This document shows, in pieces, positions 59,182 through 64,000 of a stretch of 64,000 nucleotides of DNA. Location: positions 36,011-100,010 of the forward strand of contig NZ_CALHGM010000033.1 in NCBI RefSeq assembly GCF_938030145.1, read 5' to 3'. Each line of letters starts with the position of its first letter. Position 1 is the first letter of the stretch. The position numbers and the translations under genes were made by a program. Source of the stretch: an uncultured Campylobacter sp. Lineage in GTDB: Bacteria > Campylobacterota > Campylobacteria > Campylobacterales > Campylobacteraceae. Below the pieces are notes generated by a model. The model had not been told where the DNA came from and searched no databases. It saw nothing but the letters and a program-made list of their open reading frames with translations.

Positions 59182-60105
59182 GTGTTAAAAGAAAAAATTA
59201 GAAACGAAAAAAGCGGAATTTTGCTCTATGGCATCGTTCCGCCTAAAATCACGTCCTCTCAAGACGAGCTCGAGCGCCTAGGTACGGCGTGGTCGCAGCG
59301 CCTAGGCGAATGCGAATGCGACGGCATCGTCATCTACGATCTACAAGATGAAAGCGCGCGCACGAAAGATGAGCGGACCTTCCCTTTTGTGCATACGATC
59401 GATCCTGCGCGCTACTACACGCAGTATCTACACACCGATAAAGAAGCGATCATCTACCGCGCGGTAGGCAAATACGACGAGGCGGAATTTTGCGAAATTC
59501 TAAGGCATGCCGCAAGCGGACTGGGTGTTTTCGTGGGGGCGAGCTCCAAAAACGAAGAATGCAAACTGCATCTAAGCCGCGCCTACGAGATCAAGCGACT
59601 TGTAGCGCAGCATCTTTGCCTAGGCGGCATCTGCATTCCTGAACGCCATGAAAAGAGCCGCGACGAGCACCTTAAAATCGCAGAGAAGACTGCAGACGGA
59701 TGCGAATTTTTTATCACTCAGGCGGTTTATAATGTGCAAAATGCCAAAGATTTCATCGACGATTACGCCGCTTTGGAGTGCAAAAAGGTGCCGATAATCT
59801 TTACTTTCACGCCGTGCGGCAGCCTAAAGACGCTTGAGTTTATGAAATGGCTTGGCATCTCGGTGCCAGATTTTTTGCAGCAGCGGCTGCAAAGCAGCGT
59901 CGATATCTTGCAAAGTTCAACAGCGCTGTGCGCAGAGATGTTTGATTTCATCTATAAATATGCCCTCGCAAAAGGCGTAAGCGTAGGCGCAAACGTCGAG
60001 AGCGTAAGCACCCGCCGCGTCGAAATCGAAGCCTCGCTCAGCTTACTAAAAGAGATCAGAAAAATTATCCTTAAACACGAGAATTTGGGATTTTACGTTA
60101 TTTAA
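59182..60105 (+). CDS. Methylenetetrahydrofolate reductase family protein
   Basis: YDLQDE, GGICIPERH, GCEFFITQAVY, KWLGI; GTG 59182 after AAGGA. Confidence 0.8.
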   Translation: MLKEKIRNEKSGILLYGIVPPKITSSQDELERLGTAWSQRLGECECDGIVIYDLQDESARTKDERTFPFVHTIDPARYYTQYLHTDKEAIIYRAVGKYDEAEFCEILRHAASGLGVFVGASSKNEECKLHLSRAYEIKRLVAQHLCLGGICIPERHEKSRDEHLKIAEKTADGCEFFITQAVYNVQNAKDFIDDYAALECKKVPIIFTFTPCGSLKTLEFMKWLGISVPDFLQQRLQSSVDILQSSTALCAEMFDFIYKYALAKGVSVGANVESVSTRRVEIEASLSLLKEIRKIILKHENLGFYVI

Positions 60106-61078
60106 AATTTTAAACCTGGCGCACGAGCAACACTCTAGATAGTCCAAGCTAACGGAGGAATTTTAAATAATTTCAGATCGCTTTCTAAAAAATAATCGAA
60201 ATTTTATCCGAACGGAATTTGAACTTAAAATTTATAAAAAATTGCCCCAATAATATGCTTTAATAACTGTCGTCCATAATTGTGAGATGATATTTTGTGC
60301 GAAATTTTTCAATGCTTACAATGGCATAGAGCTAGGCCTACCATCAAAACCTATAAATATCTGTAGCTTTCGCACTAAAACTAAACGCATTGACCGCTTC
60401 AGTCTGCAGCTGACGCGAGACCGCACCCTCCGGCTCGCCGCTATCTACACAGGGATAATTTTAATATCCTATCCTTTTTTAGAGCATATTGTATAGCGGA
60501 GAGATGGAATAACTGGAGGTTTTAACGAACCCAATATAGATACGACGCTCCTGCACTCATGACATAGCGTCCCTTATTGTTCCATTCGTAGTATTTGATT
60601 TAAATTTACCGGCGTTTATGCTAAATTTCAAATCTAAGGCAATTTGATGCTTGCTGTTGTGAGCGTTTTGGTATTTGAATTTTATTCTACAGTATATGTG
60701 TAGGTCACTCAAAAGATCTACATACGCCGCCGTAAAAATACTTGTCGAGCTTTGCAGCCAATTACAAGCCGTTAATGTATAGAATCAGCTGAAATTAACA
60801 CCCATTTAAGCTATTGCATATTTGATTTCTTTTATATTCTAAAAGCCCGTCACCAAAAAGCAGCAGACCTAAGACTAACGTCGTTTTACTATCTCACGCA
60901 GAAGCCGATATGCAAACTGCGCAAGATTATAATATGATTTCAATCGCAAACGCTTCATTTTAAAATTTTGAAACCTAACTCGGAATAAATATAAATTTGA
61001 AATTAGTTTTGTAAATAAGCTTGGAATTTTAACTCTTAAATATGGCGAAATTCAAAGATTAATGAAATTTAAAAAATG

Positions 61079-62077
61079 CTAGTTTATGCTCTTGCCACCG
61101 AATTTCAAAAGCGCGCTGCCCCACGTAAAGCCGCCGCCGAACGCATCAAGTAGCATAAGCGAGCCGTTTTTGAGTCTGCCACTCTCGTAAGCGTCATTTA
61201 TCGCCATCGGGATCGACGCCGAGCTCGTGTTGCCGTATTTACCGATCGTAAGCACGCACTGCTCGTCGCTAAATTCTAGCCTCGCCTTAACCGCCTCGAT
61301 GATGCGTAAATTTGCCTGATGTGGGATAAAAAGATCGACCTGCTCGGGCGAAATTTTATTTTTCTCCAAAATATCCACGACGTCGTTACTAAGCGTCGGT
61401 ACCGCAATTTTAAAGACCTCACGCCCGGCCATCTGCATGAAGCCCAGCTTTTCGTCGATGATTTTTTGGCTGAGTGGATTGACGCTGCCTGGGGCTGCAG
61501 TGATGAGAAGATCGCCCTTACTGCCGTCGCTAGCGGTATGAATGTCGATGATTTCGTTATCGTCGCGTGCCGCGATAATCGCAGCGCCTGCGCCATCGCC
61601 GAAAAGTATGCACGTAGCGCGGTCGCTCCAATCGACTATCGAACTTAGCTTTTCCGTGCCGATTATCAGTATGTGCTTTTTGGCGCCGCTTTCGATGAGG
61701 GATTTTGCAAGCTCTAAAAGATAGATGAAGCCCGTACAGGCGGCATTTATATCAAACGCCGTGATGCCGAAGTTTAAACCCAGCTTATCCGCGATGACGC
61801 ACGCAGTCGAGGGCATGCAGAAATAATCGGGCGAGATCGTGGCGCAGATTATCGCATCGATCTCATTTTTTTGTAAGCCGCTACGCTCGATCGCCTTTAA
61901 CGCCGCTTTCGCGCCTAGATCACTAGTACTCTCGCCCTTCGCGATACGGCGCTCATGAATGCCTGTTCGCTTGACGATCCATTCATCGCTCGTTTCAACC
62001 ATCTTTTCAAGATCGAAATTAGTTAAAATTTCGCTCGGCGCGTATGCTGCGATTGAGATCATCGAGGCTTTTTGCAT
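61079..62077 (-). CDS. fabH: 3-oxoacyl-ACP synthase III
   Basis: AACTGF, FGDGAGA, PHQAN, GNTSSAS, FGGGFTW. Confidence 0.96.
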   Translation of the reverse strand: MQKASMISIAAYAPSEILTNFDLEKMVETSDEWIVKRTGIHERRIAKGESTSDLGAKAALKAIERSGLQKNEIDAIICATISPDYFCMPSTACVIADKLGLNFGITAFDINAACTGFIYLLELAKSLIESGAKKHILIIGTEKLSSIVDWSDRATCILFGDGAGAAIIAARDDNEIIDIHTASDGSKGDLLITAAPGSVNPLSQKIIDEKLGFMQMAGREVFKIAVPTLSNDVVDILEKNKISPEQVDLFIPHQANLRIIEAVKARLEFSDEQCVLTIGKYGNTSSASIPMAINDAYESGRLKNGSLMLLDAFGGGFTWGSALLKFGGKSIN

Positions 62078-62085
62078 TCGTTTTC

Positions 62086-63078
62086 CTATTCGTTTGAAGA
62101 AATTTCGCTTTCTATCGCGGAGTTGATTTTGGAGTCTGCAAATTTAAGCGCTTGAAAGATCGCGTTTTTAACGGCTTTCGGGGTACTTTTGCCGTGACTT
62201 ATGATGACGCACTCTTTGACGCCTAAAAGCGGCGCGCCGCCGTATTCATCGTAATCCGTGCTTTTCTTGATAATTTTAAAGACGCGCTTCATCAAAATGG
62301 AGCCAGCGATAGCAATCGGAGATTTTTTTGTTTCGTTTTTGATAAGTTTGCCGATAGCGCTCGCGACGCCTTCGCTGGATTTTAGCATAATGTTGCCAAT
62401 AAATCCATCGCACACGACCACGTCTACCGAGCCGTCAAAAATTTGATTGCCTTCGACATTACCAATAAAATTTTGCATATTCTTAAGCATATGAAAGGCT
62501 TCTTTTGTTACCTCGTTGCCTTTACTATCCTCCTCGCCGTTGGATAATAAGCCGATGCGTGGTGCGTTTAGGCCCATAATCTCCTTGGCGTATGCTTCGC
62601 CCATAATCGCGAATTGAAACAAATTCTCAGGCTTACAATCCACATAAGCGCCCACATCCAGCACAAGCGTGCGACCGCCTATGGAATTTGGCATCAGCGT
62701 AGCAATCGCCGGGCGTAAAATGCCTTTCAGCCTTCCTATGCGAAGCGTAGCAAGGCTCATCGTAGCACCGCTATGTCCTGCTGATACCACGGCTTTGCAA
62801 GTGCCGTCTTTTACTAGATCGACCGCTTTAAAGATGCTACTCTCTTTGCGTTTAAGAGCGTCCGTCGCACCCTCTTTCATCTCGAAAACTTCGCTTGCAG
62901 CTACGTAAGTAATATATTTCTCAAAGCCTTGATCTTGTGGAATAAAAGGCTTGATTTGCGCTTCGTCGCCTACCAAAAACGCATTAAATTTACGCTCTCG
63001 TAGCGCATCTACGACTCCGTTTATTATCGGCTCGCAGCCGAAATCACCGCCCATCGCGTCTATAGCAACGGAAATCAT
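62086..63078 (-). CDS. plsX: Phosphate acyltransferase
   Basis: DAMGGD, SAGHSGA, GEEDSKG, CDGFIGN, GGAPLLG. Confidence 0.96.
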   Translation of the reverse strand: MISVAIDAMGGDFGCEPIINGVVDALRERKFNAFLVGDEAQIKPFIPQDQGFEKYITYVAASEVFEMKEGATDALKRKESSIFKAVDLVKDGTCKAVVSAGHSGATMSLATLRIGRLKGILRPAIATLMPNSIGGRTLVLDVGAYVDCKPENLFQFAIMGEAYAKEIMGLNAPRIGLLSNGEEDSKGNEVTKEAFHMLKNMQNFIGNVEGNQIFDGSVDVVVCDGFIGNIMLKSSEGVASAIGKLIKNETKKSPIAIAGSILMKRVFKIIKKSTDYDEYGGAPLLGVKECVIISHGKSTPKAVKNAIFQALKFADSKINSAIESEISSNE

Positions 63079-63082
63079 CGGA

Positions 63083-63229
63083 TTAATATTCGCCCGTAGT
63101 TTTGTTTATTCTATGCGGAATTTTCCAGCTTCCGTCTTTATCTTTGACGGGAATCGGAAGGGTCACTTTGTAGTGAGTGCGTCTTTTCGCCGCACGAGTT
63201 TTACTAACTCTTCGCTTTGGAACTACCAT
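63083..63229 (-). CDS. rpmF: 50S ribosomal protein L32
   Basis: Missed by ORF track: [57 protein letters not shown]. Confidence 0.95.
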   Translation of the reverse strand: MVVPKRRVSKTRAAKRRTHYKVTLPIPVKDKDGSWKIPHRINKTTGEY

Positions 63230-63247
63230 TTTTTCTCCTTTATAAAT

Positions 63248-63601
63248 TTAGTTCTTGCATTCTTCGCAATAAAAATAGTCGCTTTTGAAAGCTTCCGTTT
63301 CGCTTCTTAAAATTTCATCCAGATCAACTTCGGCGCCGAAAAACTCCATAACATCCAAGCTTTCGTGCCTTTCGTCGTTAAAAACACCTTCGCTTAAAAG
63401 CAAATCTACACTCTCGTTTACGTCAAGATCAAATTCTTTACCACAGCGGTCGCAAATGTATGGAATTTTACCCTTAATTTTGCCCTTGCACTCGATAAAC
63501 TTAGAGTCTTTTCGTTTTAAATTTCCGCTAAGCTTAAGCCCGTCCCTCGAAATTTCAAACGGCACGGGCGTGGTGGAAATTTTAGCAAAAGCGATCTTCA
63601 C
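63248..63601 (-). CDS. YceD/DUF177 family protein
   Basis: CDRC and CEEC motifs; position upstream of rpmF. Confidence 0.85.
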   Translation of the reverse strand: MKIAFAKISTTPVPFEISRDGLKLSGNLKRKDSKFIECKGKIKGKIPYICDRCGKEFDLDVNESVDLLLSEGVFNDERHESLDVMEFFGAEVDLDEILRSETEAFKSDYFYCEECKN

Positions 63602-63610
63602 GCGGCACTC

Positions 63611-64000
63611 TTAGCAAATTTCTCTTTTTGCAAAGAAAAATGCGATCTCGATTTTTGCGTTTTCTAGGCTGTCGCTGCCGTGAACGGCGTTAGCGTCGAT
63701 ACTGTCCGCAAAGTCTGCTCTGATCGTGCCTTTATCCGCTTTTTTCGGATCGGTAGCGCCCATTAGCGCACGATTTTTAGCTACGGCATCATCGCCTTCT
63801 AGCACCATTACGACCACCGGGCCGCTAGTCATGAACTCAATCAGATCTTTATAAAAAGGGCGATCCTTGTGAATTTCATAAAATTTGCCTGCATCTTCGG
63901 CGCTTAGGCATACTTTTTTAGCCGCTGCAATTCTTAGTCCGTGACTTTCGAAACGATCGATAATTTTGCCGATAACGCCCTTTTTAACGGCATCGGGCTT
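63611..64000 (-). CDS. ndk: Nucleoside diphosphate kinase (5' end outside window)
   Basis: KPDAVKKG.., [20 protein letters not shown]. Confidence 0.96.
   Translation of the reverse strand, partial: KPDAVKKGVIGKIIDRFESHGLRIAAAKKVCLSAEDAGKFYEIHKDRPFYKDLIEFMTSGPVVVMVLEGDDAVAKNRALMGATDPKKADKGTIRADFADSIDANAVHGSDSLENAKIEIAFFFAKREIC

Overview
Window from an oral, non-thermophilic Campylobacter (C. gracilis-like: Campylobacterota gene order, mid-GC coding DNA, long spacers rich in AAATTT). Most of it is conserved housekeeping: dapD, mrp-thiC, ispDF-RR-sat-like-pgpA, uvrB, der-aroK-trpS, polA, the plsY-folB-cosR/HK-fdx-ppx block and ndk-yceD-rpmF-plsX-fabH. The standout is an accessory redox operon at 30157-34562. 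It encodes an ATP-dependent activase, a double-cubane (YjiM/DCCP-type) reductase, a Tat-exported Cys-rich ModA-fold protein with no ABC partners, a NapH-like polyferredoxin, and a NifB-type radical SAM protein with all six NifB motifs. No nifHDK/ENX genes occur in the window. An fccABC-type periplasmic flavocytochrome c operon follows directly. This is a candidate non-nitrogenase system that uses a NifB-built carbide Fe-S cluster; that reading is inference. Other observations: RAATTY-motif arrays in spacers that also appear in-frame inside core genes, a dispersed ~120-bp intergenic repeat, a frameshifted EF-hand gene between proB and proA, an aroK read-through fusion, a CosR/HsrA orthologue with intact D51 and a cognate kinase, a putative Crp/Fnr site at -41.5, and several probable lateral acquisitions. 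No rRNA, tRNA, CRISPR array or transposase was recognised. All calls come from motif recognition by eye, without database searches.
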